A stretch of DNA of 64,000 nucleotides from Podarcis cretensis (GCA_951804945.1 OX638158.1:31806001-31870000), one strand, 5' to 3'. Counted from the first letter of the stretch, positions 13,164 to 25,857 are shown. Made by a program: numbers and translations. Notes: generated by a model from the letters alone, not told the origin.

Positions 13164-13276
13164 CTGCATGGCTGCAAGAACTTCAGGGTCACTGAGAATT
13201 TCATTGAGACCAGGCATTCCCCCCATTCCAGGCATGCCACCAGGCATACCGCCAGGCATGCCACCAGGAAAATTAC
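13164..13276 (-). CDS. ST13: Hip coding exon 11 (GGMP repeats)
   Basis: [37 protein letters not shown]; AG/GTGAGA; 113 nt. Confidence 0.97.
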
Positions 13277-15252
13277 CTGAAAATGTAAAGCATAGACTTG
13301 GAGCAGGGATCAACAATCTTTCTGGATCAGAGGGCACATTTTGAGAAAGTGTCATGGATGCTAGTCACAAAATGGCTACCATAGGGTATGTGGCATAATG
13401 CAAAATGGTTATGAGGGGTGTGGCATAACAAAAAAATTAGAGTGAGTACAGTCATTGCTGCTTTCTCCCCAACCCCCTAGACAATCTCATGCTTACCATG
13501 GGAAGTCAGCTATGTCCTACTAGATCTGATTGTAGAAGGCACACTATACTGAATACCCATGCACAAACCAGTGAAGTTGCTGTCTATTAATGGGGAGCAT
13601 TCCACAGTACAAGGAAAAATATACAAAGTGGTCACATCACAACCACTTTTATGCACGTGCATGCACAGAGCACCCAAATAGACCACATATACACATAAAT
13701 CTCTCATACACACATATGCCACATACTCCCACTCAAACACAACTCTCTCCCTCTCTCTCTGTCCAAGTGCACCCGTTCTTCTTTCTAAGACCACACATTC
13801 GTACTTCCTGCCCTCCCACCCTTACAGACTGCACCACATACATACCTCTGCTTCCTTCTCTGTCACACATACCTCTTCTCCGTCTCCAAAGTGCATCTTA
13901 ATCACACACACAGATGGAGCCCCTACGCGGGGTGAACAAGCAACAAGTGCCTGCTGCCAGTTCCACATAGCTGGTGGGCAACAAGCAAACAGGATGGGCC
14001 ATCCCTGCCACTTCCTAACCCGCCGCTCAAACATCCTGCCAAACCAACCAGAATGCAAGGAAGAGCCTTTCCAGCTGAAGCAACTGCTCTGCCATTAAAA
14101 ATCCTCTACAACCCGCCCCAATATCAAGGGAAACCAACCCAGCTCTCACAGGCAGCATGATGCCTGCAGGTGCCAATGAAGGCCTTTGGGGGCTCCGTGG
14201 CACCTGTGGGTACAAACCCTGCAGCAAAGCATACTCTGCTTTCACATGTGTGTTACATCCTTACATATTACCATTCTTTGGAAGCCTCCTATAGCCAGGA
14301 GACCAAGGGAACTAAAACTTTTCTTGAACAAAGGTCAAGACTTTATCCTGTGTTCCAATACCCACTCCAATACCCACTTAGTCTTCCGCGTCCAAATATG
14401 GTTGCTTTCAGCTGGAGGTTACCTGTGAAATAGTTATACTACCTCAAGGCTTTGTCTTATCACAAACAGAGGAATGTATTATCATAGCCTCTTTAGCAAA
14501 TTGTATGTGAAGGATTACTGCAGCACAGCAAGTTGTACATACTCTGTATGATCTTACCAATAAAGCAAAACACAAGAGAGGAGGCTGTATGGGCAAGCAA
14601 GTCTGCAGTGTACATGATTTCTAAGATTTGCTGTTAGCAAGTTTGTTTATCTACCACCCTGGATTTGGTTCCAGGGCGGTTCATAAAATTAAAGGATTAA
14701 GAAACAATCAACCACATAAAAAACAACCAGCAGTTTAAACACAGCAAGCAGTTAAGACCGTAAAATGCCTAAAATACAAAAAGAATAAAAAGAGGTTCTC
14801 TGGTCCCTAAAAGCAGTGAGGTGAGCCTTTCTGGGGATGTGCCTACAGAGGGCATGCCATGTGCTTACAGATGGTATGCCATGTCCAGAAAGGCTTTCTC
14901 TTTGGTTGCAAAGGAGTGAGAGAGTGAGAGTGAGAGAGTGAGAGCAGGATGATATGGGTGAGGCTCTTCAGGTCTCAATAACATCTCCCTCTTTACCAGC
15001 CCTCAAGTCACTTTCATGGTCTCCTAGGCCACTACAGTGAGTGTTTGTTCCTATGAGTTGTTATGTGTTCCCTTCACATACAGATATTCTCTTCCAACAG
15101 CCAAACAACTTTCCCTCTTGCTTAGAAAAACCAAACTTATATAAGTGCAACTTTTCTTTTGCCCCAGTAGCAAGTTAAACAAAATGCTATGACCCAGATC
15201 CATTAAGTTACCATCTCTCTGTTGCTATTCATGCTTTGAAATTAACACATAC

Positions 15253-15316
15253 CTGGGAAGCCACCTGGGAAGCCACTAAACGGAGGTCCTCCTGTTTGTC
15301 GTCGAGCCTCTTCCTC
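15253..15316 (-). CDS. ST13: Hip coding exon 10
   Basis: EEEARRQTGGPPFSGFPGGFP(G); AG/GTATGT; 64 nt. Confidence 0.93.
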
Positions 15317-15590
15317 CTGCAATCAATAAATCATGAGAAAACTTCACATGCTCTCCAACTAATCAAGATTAGATATAGAAAGCTGAGAAGGCTGTTACAA
15401 CTGGATCCAAAGCCTACTATATAGACCCTACATGCTCTTAGGTTCTGCAATACCGCTTCACTCCAGGATAATACTGAATTTCCAGGCCCCTGGAAGAGTG
15501 AGTTTTGAAAAGAAAATAGTTGTGATATTTATTTTAATGCTCAAGTTTGTTGCTGCTCCCTCAGTGTTTCTAGCACGGGGCCTCAAATTA

Positions 15591-17876
15591 CAGATAACTC
15601 GCATCTTACGCAGCAGGGGTTAGGTTCTTGGCCATTGCACGTATAAACAGCGCAAAGCCAGAACGACCCCTAGAAAACTGTAAAAATAAATAAATCACTG
15701 CACTCATCAGTGGGTGACAAATAAGGCTCTTAGTCTTCCTCCTCCTCTTCCTTGCTAAATGATGCTTTAGAGGATGATATGAGGACAAGGGGGGTTGCCA
15801 GATAGCCAGAAGAAGTGCTTGGCTGTGGTTCAGATCCAGGGGTGGATCGCATGGGCACAATTGCCACTATTGTCTCTTGAACTCATCAAACATTTACTTG
15901 CATGGTCTCAGTGTCTGTAATCCCACAGATGTTCTTGAGGCTGAGTTCCATGAAGGGGTCAAACTCTGCAATCAGATCATTTGTGCGCTTTATGACTTGG
16001 AAGAGTTGAGAAAATTTCTGCAGCTTCCAACTCGCTCTCCATCCTCATCCTCACATTCTAAACTTGTTCTGACCAGTTCCTCTCTAGCTATTCAGCAGTC
16101 AATACCTGTTGGCCCTCAGTTAGTTCTTCTACTTCTTCCTGGATGAGGCCAACAAAGCCATCACCACTACCTGCCTAGCCATCTGCACAATGCCCTCCAC
16201 CTCAGTGACAGTGCTTGAAAATCTCTTGAAATCATGCACACATTCCTTCCACAAGTTCCACCAGCATGCACTCACTGTTTCAGGCTTGATTGCATCCACT
16301 GCCTGTTTGACATAGGTGACGCAATGGGTAACGCTGAAGGACATCCAGCATACCGTGGAGTCAAGAGATGGATCAGCATCCATTGCATTGATAATCCAGG
16401 TGATGAGCTTTGTGTGAGTAGTCTTGGAGCAGTGGATCACACCTTGATGCAGAGGCTGGATGAGGGATGTCCTATGCGGGGGGGTGGGGGGCGTCTACCT
16501 TGCTGTGTGCGAAGGAGAGTCCTTCAATGCCCAGCATTGTCCATAAGCAGCATCATTTTAAACCACAGTTGTTTCTCTCTGAGGAACTGTCTCACCTCTG
16601 GAAAGAAGCAGTTATGGAAGCAGTCTAGAAATGATGTCACCCAGGCCTTTTCATTGGATTACCAAAATACAGGAAGTAGATTCTTCTCCTTGCCTTTTGC
16701 ACAGGGGGTTTGAGACCTGTACAGAAAGCATGACTTTATTAAGTGTCCAGCTGCATAGCTACAGAGCAGAACAGCTACTCTATCCTTTCCAGCTTTGAAG
16801 CCAGGGGTTTGCTTTTCAGCTTTGGCAATGCAAGTCTGCTCAGGCATTTTCTTCCAAGAAGTCCTGTCTCGTCTAAAGTGAAGACTTGCTCTGGAAGACA
16901 GGACTTGTCCAGCAGCTACTTTGATTGTGCAGGGTATTGCCTGGACATTCTTCAGGTTGAAACAGATCTTAAAGCTCTTAAGGCAACCTGAGCTGGCTTT
17001 AAATTCCTTGCTGATTCCCAACTGTAGTGGAAAGTTTACAGTGGTCACAGAGGCTGAGAGATTTGTGGCACAAGAAGCTGCCATTCATAGCAACATGTTT
17101 CTGGTTCTTGTCTTCCAGCCACAAGTTCAGTGCCTTCTTTGTCTTCACCGAAGCCATGTTTTGCACTTGGCTGGTCACCTTTGCAGCTAGGGATGCACTT
17201 ACTGCCACTCTTCCATGGACGTCATTTTCATGCACCTTGATGGCATGGATGCTGTACTCATTCCGGCCATATTTGTGTGCCACAGCACACACAGACATGC
17301 CAGCTCTCAAGCACCTCAGCACAGCCAACTTCTTTTCCAGTGTGGGAACCATCCTTTACTTCTTTGGTTTCTCAGCGGCTGATGATAATGAGGATGCCTT
17401 GTGTTTTGCGGCCATTCTGCAGCTCTCTCTAACCACCTCATCCATAATCCAGTCTCCTCCAATGTCTCTCCAAGCCCCTCCACAAGTCCTTCAGAGCTCT
17501 TCCAACCACCTCTTCCAAACTCCTGTGATGTCTCTCCGACCTCCTTCAATCTCCCTCTCCAACTGCTTCTTCCACACTCCAACCTCCCCCAATGTCTCTT
17601 CAAACTTTTCCACAAGTCTCTTTGGTCTCCACCAGTCACCCACTCCAACTCTCTGCTACCTCCTCTGCCTTCTCTGCAGACTCTTCAACCACTCAAACAC
17701 TTTCACAAAGACTACCGGGATTGTTTGCAGTTTTTTCCTGCTCAGCCACCCCTTTCCACCCCGTGCACCACATTTTCATGGTATTTTAAAAAAAAAATTA
17801 AAAAGAAAACTGGTAGTGTGCATAAAGCTGTGATCATGTTAAATACGTATAATAAGTGTAAGATGTGAGTTACCTG
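15591..17876 (-). mobile_element. Near full-length decayed pogo/Tigger DNA transposon (2286 bp)
   Basis: TIRs CAGATAACTCGCATCTTACGC / CAGGTAACTCACATCTTACAC, each flanked by TA. Broken transposase from ATG at 17415: CENP-B-like HTH (VPTLEKKLAVL..., KALNLWLEDKNQKHV), then FTLDETGL.WKKMP, GFKAGKDRVAVLLC, LMDNAGH, SLIQPLHQGVI. Confidence 0.92.
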
Positions 17877-18068
17877 TACAAAAAATAGTTATCATTTTGA
17901 AGTTCTTTGCAACTAAATACAGACTCAGTTAAAGACAGACATTCTGAAATATAGGTTAGCATTTGAAACTGTAGAAGTGGCCCTTTTTTAGCCTATTTCC
18001 ATACACATTTTTTGGATAGAGTTATGCTGGGTTATTTTCCTGTTGTACATGCTTTATTAAGCTCTCAC

Positions 18069-18185
18069 CCTTTGAGCTCTCTCATGTTCCTCTCGAGCTT
18101 TCTTTACTCTTTCCATCCTTTCCCTGATTTCTTTTTCTTCACGCTTTCGTTCATATTTTCTTCTGTGTTCCGCAATCTTCTGAGC
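18069..18185 (-). CDS. ST13: Hip coding exon 9 (charged coiled coil)
   Basis: [39 protein letters not shown]; 117 nt. Confidence 0.97.
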
Positions 18186-19221
18186 CTGAAGCACAGAGGG
18201 TGGGTATTGGTCATATAAATCCAGATCATCTTTAAAATACCATCTTAGCACTTTACCTACCTCAACTAGTTTTAATTGTTTTTGTACTCTGCCAATTCTT
18301 TTCTAGTACTGCAAATTAGATATTTAAGACACATACCTTCTCTTCAACAGGCAACTTAAGATTCAATATGTAGCTGGGTCCCACAGGATATGAAGTCAGT
18401 ATTTCACAAGAGTGCAAAACTTGCAGCCTGAAGCTGCTGATGGTATGAGTGAACATAGTGAAAACGATTATCCAGGCTTTAAAAGTCTGGAAACCTATCT
18501 AGGAGTTTATACTACAACTCATGTGTAAAAATCTTTTGAGAGGATTGCTTCTAGTGTTCTGGCCAAGCCAAGCTAAAGGATGCAGACTGCCACTTAAAAA
18601 GTCTTAATCAATAATGGAGTGTCTTAACATTTTTCAGCCTCAGGGCCACATTGGGTTAGGATCCTCTCCTAACTCAGCACTGTGGTGGAGAGAACTGACC
18701 AACCTTCCTCTTTCTGCAGTGCTTGACCCCTTAGCAATAGGACCATGTTAACTGGTGAACAGGCACTCCTATGGATGGAGGAGATAAGTCAATTTTCCCA
18801 AGGGGTGGTAGGTCACCAGAAATGGCTTGGCAGGCCAAGGCTAGCCTGCAAATTTGCCACCCTTGATCTAGACAACATAGCATATTTAGAAGCCATAAAT
18901 GCTAAAACCAATGTTCAAAATGTAAAATACCAGGGAGTATACTACACACTTGGCATACAAAACTTTAGTGATATCACATTTTGCGTCAGTGGTATCAGCT
19001 AGGCATCTCAAAACATGATGTACTGAAAAAAACATGCCTTCAGTTGTCATCAGTATTTGGCACCAAAAGCTCTTAGCATCCATAACACTGCTACTTGAAG
19101 AAGCCATTATAATATTTTTCATAGGTTTCAGGTTCCAGATGCTTATAAAGGAAGCCTTTCTGCATCTTTTATCAAAAACTTTAAAGAGACTTGCAGCAGT
19201 AGGCTCCCAACTAGGTCAAGT

Positions 19222-19368
19222 CTCAACTATAGCCCAGTCAGTAGAGAATGAGACTCTTAATCTCAGGGTCATGGGTTCAAGCCTGACGTTGGGCAAATGA
19301 GTCCTGCATTGAAGGGGGTTGGACTAGATGACCCTTGTGCTTCTAATTCTACAATTCTAGGATTCTAA
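19222..19368 (+). mobile_element. tRNA-Lys-derived SINE with CR1-type tail
   Basis: Degenerate tRNA-Lys(CTT) head (TAGCCCAGTCAGTAGAG..GAGACTCTTAATCTCAGGGTCATGGGTTCAAGCC) joined to GGACTAGATGACC...TTCTACAATTCTAGGATTCTA. Confidence 0.7.
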
Positions 19369-21246
19369 GTCTGCCCTGGCTCAGCAGTGCTAGAAATTGG
19401 GATAGAAAAGCTAGGAGCCAGATTTTTTTTGGGGGGGGGGGGCGGCAACACTTTTTAGTTATTATTTTGATACACATGAACTAATACACAATTCACATAA
19501 GTGACACATTGTTAATATCACATTTTAACAGAAATTGTTAATACATGTTTCATTTAGTGTTTACAACAAAAATATTGGTACCACACCCCCTACTCTTTAT
19601 TGTTAAACTCCTTATTAACATTTTGTCTATCCCTGACATATACTTCGAGGCTTCAAAGCATATACGTTTCACAAACCCTTGAGTATCAGCCAGGCACAAA
19701 AAATGGCACCCAGACCTTTTGAGGTGTTTGCAAATGGAGAATCTTTGGGTGTGAAATGAGCCTGGCAACCTGCTAATTTCAATCCCCGTGGTTGAGACTA
19801 GCCTATCTTACTTGGTCCTCTGTCTTGTGAAATTATACTGTTCCGGTTAGTTGCTCATATTTTTATTATCGTTCTCTGTGCTGCAGTTTCAATGAGTGGG
19901 AGGAGGAGGGAACTGCCCTAAGGCGTCTTCACAGGAGTTGGTCCTTCCCACCTAGCAACAACAGGCATTTCCTAAACATCCCCACTCCTCTTCATGTGGC
20001 AAACAATAAAGCAATAGACATGGAGACTGTAACAATGAGTATGGACAGAGCAGAGGCATTTCCTACAACTCTGAAATGCCTTCTCTTCTTTTCATCCATA
20101 AAAGCCATGGAAAAGGGGAGACATATGCCATTCTTTAGGAGTTGTCAATGAAGTAAAAAGAGTATGTGGAAGGCTTAGGCTTGTTGAATCAAATTTTCAT
20201 TCTATCTGTGGGAAATAATACAGTGGAGAGAGCAGCTCCAGATACACAGTGGCAGGGAGAGGAAGCAGAAGCCAGGCTGTCACATCAAAGCTTCAGAAAT
20301 GTTCAATTATACACATGATTATGAGATATCAAAATTTATGACCTACTTGATGGGTATTCCTTTTGTACAAGGTTAAGATTTATCCCTTGCCAATGTCAAT
20401 CCTAAACTTACAGTAGGAAGGGAAAACATTTGGCCCTATGGACACTGCTGAACTAAGACTTCCTTCACCCCTAGCAAGAATGCCCAATGGTCAGGAAGAT
20501 GGGAGTTTAGTTCAAGATCTGGAGGGCCAAAGGTCTCCACATATGATCTACAGAATGCCAGACCAGATGAAACAGTACAGTTAAATAATTATTCAAAAAT
20601 ATATTCTTTGAATATATAGGCCAGCTTGGCAAAAACAAGGAGTGATTCTCTAGAGACAAGGCTGAAGTTAAGAATTTTTTGAACTGTTTGTAATCACAGC
20701 TGACAGCACTCCCATGCGGCAATGCTGCAAATCAGTAAAAAAAAAAAAATGCGTTCTAGCCAATGCAATGATCTTGGATGATCCACATTTTATGCAGCAG
20801 ATGTATCTACAGTTTTCCCACTGCTCCTTTCCCACAAATATTGGGAACACATGCCCATATCATACACACACATTTCCCCTTCAGATGTTATAGGAGCTTA
20901 CTCACAGACATGCAGTGGACACATGGCAAACTTGTCTACTTCCAGCAATCGTCTGGAAGTTTGAGGATGGAACCACAGCATCCTTAGTTTTGAACTATGA
21001 GGCCATGCATAATTCTGACACTAGTTTCTGAAATAAGTTCTGCCTAACACCACAGAAGACAAACCATAAACAAGGCAATAAATTATTGATGTCCCAAGGT
21101 ACAGCCTGAAGGCACGTGAGGCCACCATTCTGTTCAAGCTAAGGAGCTCTGGGGAATCACATATACACTGTGTTCAGTTCCACAAAAAAAAGAAAGCCAG
21201 GATAGAAAATGTAAGAAAATAAATATGTATTCCTGTTGTCACTCAC

Positions 21247-21349
21247 TCTGGGCTGCACTTCCTTCAGCATGGCACTAGCATCTTCATCATAATCCAGTTT
21301 ACAGGCTAATGCCAGGTCATGTGCAGACTCCTCCCAGTGACCCAACAGC
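21247..21349 (-). CDS. ST13: Hip coding exon 8 (TPR3)
   Basis: [34 protein letters not shown]; 103 nt. Confidence 0.97.
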
Positions 21350-21912
21350 CTGGCAATGACAAGATGCAAGACATTTTAAAATCAGATTTAACCCATGGCA
21401 TAAAATGGAGGTGGGCATCCTTTAGTCCAACAACTTCTGAAGACCACAACTCCCACCATCCCTGAACACTGATCATGCTGGCTGGGGATTATGGGGGCTT
21501 TGAGTCCTAAAACATCCAGAGGGCCGCATGTTCGTCATTCTTGGGCTAAAAGAAAACCCATAGATATGCACAGCTTGAAAACCACACAGAAACTTTCCAT
21601 TTCATTATTATGGTACTTGTATTTTTTCAAATCCAAACCGTCCCTTAATTTCAAGTTTTACATTGAAGAAGCAAAGGAGAATTTATAGTGGTAACAGTAC
21701 AAAAATGTGCACTTCTTACCTGCCCTTCACAATAAGGTATTGGGGCAGATTGCAACAATTTACAGTTATAAAACCAGACACTCACGAGTTGAATCAATTT
21801 AATAAAAAATACCAGCTACGCAAATGGATTATGTTTAACAGCAAACCAGACTGGAAAGTTTGTATTTTCATTAATCAGAGTAGTACAATGTAAAGAGAGG
21901 TTAGTTTCTTTA

Positions 21913-22113
<201 letters not shown>

Positions 22114-22978
22114 TTACATGACAGTCATGCTGCCTAATCATATTTTTCCCCCTTCCACGTCCCCAAAAACTGCAAGCTGCTTCAGTAATTTGGATACATC
22201 CTCTTCTAACACGTATGTTGAGCTTTTAATGCTCATTTTAAAAATTTCAATAATAATGTGGTTTAATGGCTTATATATTTTTCTTTTTCTAAGATTGGTA
22301 TTAATGGCATCAATCACCTATTGCTTCAGTTTTTATCTGACAGTGACTTCTATGAAGCAACATTAAGCAGAATCTCAACCTCCAACTTAATTTAGCGAAG
22401 TCCTTTAATAAATACACATACTTACTCTGTCTTACTCAAGACAAAAAATCAAAATTAGGAATATGACATCTAAATTATGTCCAAGTGTGCTAAGAAAAAT
22501 AAAAATGCTTGCTTTTTCATAATGTCATTCTGTAATCTGATTTTATGTATACAGGTATGGTAAGATTAAGGACAAGGGAAAGAGAAGAGGTATATGGGAA
22601 GGAGAACATGGAACAGGGTCATTAGAAGAAAACACAGCCATGAGCACATAGCAATTTAGAAAACTGACATTTACACTTATTATTGCACAACCACAAACAG
22701 GACTTTTCAGGTGAATAACAGCATCTCAAAATGTCAAAGACTGTATGTTGGCTTGCACAGGAGCTTATCAAAATAGATTTAACAAAGAGACACAAGAGGC
22801 ATAACAGTTTTTTTGCAGCCAGGTCAAGGCATATTGTCACATTTTGTACAATATGTACATTTTACTAACAATTCATTTAGCAAGAGAATTCTGGAGTTAA
22901 TTAGTGTAGACTAAGCTGTGTTTGGGTATATGTAGTTTGGCATCCTCTAATACACTTGTTTTCAAATTTAAAGTCTCA

Positions 22979-23198
<220 letters not shown>

Positions 23199-23981
23199 TC
23201 TACATGATATACTTGTCTTAATTAGGAGTACTGGACATATGGAATAAAGGGAATGGTACATAGTGCCATCAGTCTTGTCTCATTGGCAAGTTGCAGACAT
23301 CCTCTTTTGGGACAAGGCACTCAAGTGGATTGCAGCTGTGCAACCCCAGGTATTCGTAGGGTTTTCTAGACAAATTTAACTTGGTTCCAAGTCCTGTTTT
23401 GTTGTAGAAACCGCATTGATCACCCTTTGTGATAACCAGTGCCAAGAGAAGAGGAATACAACCCTTTTGATACCCCTAGTATTCTCAGCATCTTTTGATA
23501 CCGTCAACTGTGGTATCCCAATGGAATGACTATGTGAAATGTATATGGATTGCATTTAGGCAACAGAGCCCAACAACATGCGCTTCCTCCCTTGCCTCTT
23601 GGGGGGGGGGGGGGAGAAAAAAATAGTCTGTGAGAGTGAAGCAGACACACACACACACCTTGGTAGGACCTGCATGGGAGGGGAGCCTGATGAGTGAGAG
23701 GCAATTTGCCTGGCCCTCCAGTTTTTTTTACCTGCAGGTCAGTGGCCCATAACATAAAGAAGATTTCTCTTTAACCTTGCTTTAAAGGCTTTTACAGTTT
23801 GAAACACTGGTCCCTTAAGGACTACTTCTTCTCTGTCAATCTACATGGGAGCTGAGATCTTCCCATGCAGGTTGACAGAGAAGCATTTCTCAGAGTTTCA
23901 CCACCATGAGCAATCAAGTGGTAGGCAATGCTTCTGACATCCTGATTACTGAATTCCTCTCCCCAGAAAGTTTGTCTAGTC

Positions 23982-24233
23982 TGCAGGTCCGCAAACTTTT
24001 TCAGCAGGGGGCCGGTCCACCGTCCCTCAGACCTTATGTGGGACCAGACTATATTTTGAAGGGGGAAAAAATGAACAAATTCCTATGCCCCACAAATAAC
24101 CCAGAGATGCATTTTAAATAAAAGCACACATTCTACTCATGTAAAAACACGCTGATTCCCGGACCGTCCGCGGGTGGAATTATGAGGCAATTGGACCGGA
24201 TCCAGTCCCCGGGCCTTAGTTTGCCTACCCATA
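23982..24233 (-). mobile_element. Non-autonomous hAT MITE (inverted relative to 24645-24938)
   Basis: Reverse complement aligns along its length to the 24645 copy; GTCTAGT(C/G) target duplication. Confidence 0.8.
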
Positions 24234-24490
24234 GTCTAGTGGCTATAACATCATATTTTAGGTATCAAGACAAGATGTTTAGTCTCAAGCATTTTAAATA
24301 AAATTATTCTTTTTCTGGATAAGATGGGAAATGAAATTATTTTAAAGACAGTCATTCACTGCACTATCTGAATCGAAGTTATGGTGAATTTGGAACAACC
24401 CACCCTAAAAAATAGAAGTATACTAGATTACATATTTTGTTTACCTCTAAAAAGCTTGTCAGGCAATTAATTTTCCTTATAAGAACTCAC

Positions 24491-24557
24491 CTTCACCTAG
24501 TGCATTAATAGCTTCCATCTTTTTTTCATTCGCCTGGTCCATCATCTCTTCCGTTAC
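24491..24557 (-). CDS. ST13: Hip coding exon 5
   Basis: VTEEMMDQANEKKMEAINALGE(G); AG/GTGAGT; 67 nt. Confidence 0.97.
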
Positions 24558-24644
24558 CTAAAGGAGAGAGAAACAAAGTGACTCAAATTCACACAAAGTA
24601 TTTGGAAAGCATTCTTAATTCTAGAAATTTTAAAAGGTCTAGAG

Positions 24645-24938
24645 CAGGGGTAGGCAACCTAAGGCCCATGGACCAGATGCAGCCCAATAGCCTTCTCAAT
24701 CCGGCCTGTGGACGGTCCAGGAATCATGTAAAGAGTAGATTGTATCCTTTTATTTAAAATGCATTTCTGGGTTATTTGTGGGGCCTGCCTGGTGTGTGCT
24801 TTTATTTAAAATGCATCTCTGGGTTTTTTGTGGGCATAGGAATTCGTTCATTTCCCCCCCCCCCAATATAGTCCAGCCCACCCCATGGTCTGAGGGACGG
24901 TGGATTGGCCCACGGCTGAAAAAGGTTGCTGACCCCTG
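24645..24938 (+). mobile_element. Non-autonomous hAT MITE
   Basis: TIRs CAGGGGTAGGCAACCT / CAGGGGTCAGCAACCT; perfect 8-bp TSD GTCTAGAG (NTCTAGAN Charlie/SPIN-type target). Confidence 0.9.
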
Positions 24939-25584
24939 GTCTAGAGTATCAATATACAACTCAACTGAATCTCAGCAGAGGGATATGTGTTTCAAAACTA
25001 CTTAAAGCCAATTAGAAAAATATCTATCAACAATAAATTTCTTCTTTTTAAAAAGCCACACAGACTATGAAGGAGAGTTGAAATTGTCTTAACTTTTTAT
25101 TTATTTTTCCATCCTTTAAATCAGTGACTATTTAGTTATGGTAGAACACATCTGGTGCACTGGCAGTCTGCTGGTCTGATCCAGCTCAGCAAGCTCTTCC
25201 TGCTAGCCCACTAGCTCCTTGTCTCCATTTCACAAGCAACAGGACTGCTTTATTTCTTCTGCCTGGCGTATTGCACATGTATGTGATACAAAAGTGTATG
25301 TGCAGACATGAGATGGCCAGATCCACCTTTGTTTTGGCCACAACAATCTTTCTAAGATATCAGTTATTTTTCTTAACATTAAAAGGGTAATTTGAAATCC
25401 ACGTTCTGCATTGGTTTCCTATATATTAGTACAGATTGTATCATGGTGGATTTGTTTAGATAGCTCTTAAATATTGTAAAGAAATTTTCATGCTGTGCAA
25501 TCCAGAAATGTTGATTGATTGATCGAAAAAGCTACATGAGGTTTTACAAAGAGAGACAGTTCCAATCTCAATTAAGCTTATTAC

Positions 25585-25655
25585 CTCAAGACTTTCATCT
25601 CCCATTTCTTGAGGTTCATCACTGTCTGGTTCAATCACTCCTTCATTATCAATTT
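25585..25655 (-). CDS. ST13: Hip coding exon 4
   Basis: EIDNEGVIEPDSDEPQEMGDESLE; 71 nt. Confidence 0.96.
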
Positions 25656-25784
25656 CTGCAAACAAAATCACCACTAATTAGAAGAATCCTAGTTATTCCT
25701 CATAAGAGGCTAAATAGGAAAAATGAAGCCAAAACATTGCATCTACAACATGGAAACCATGCAATATAGTACTGAATAACTCAC

Positions 25785-25857
25785 CCACATCACTCTCTTC
25801 ACTCTCGGGTTCTGATGGCTTTGGCTGTTCCTCGGGCTTCTTTTCTTCTGCTTTCGC
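25785..25857 (-). CDS. ST13: Hip coding exon 3
   Basis: AKAEEKKPEEQPKPSEPESEESDV; AG/GTGAGT; 73 nt; phases consistent with neighbours. Confidence 0.92.

Noticed and set aside
14430-14446. Minus-strand TGAGGTAGTA resembling mature let-7
   Set aside because: Only about 10 nt match and no let-7 hairpin.
17027-17833. 268-aa plus-strand ORF and overlapping 155-aa ORF
   Set aside because: Antisense shadow of the pogo transposase and its purine-rich leader; low complexity, no recognisable domain.
19222-19295. Functional tRNA-Lys gene
   Set aside because: Acceptor and T stems are mismatched, and it runs straight into a CR1-type tail, so it is a SINE head.
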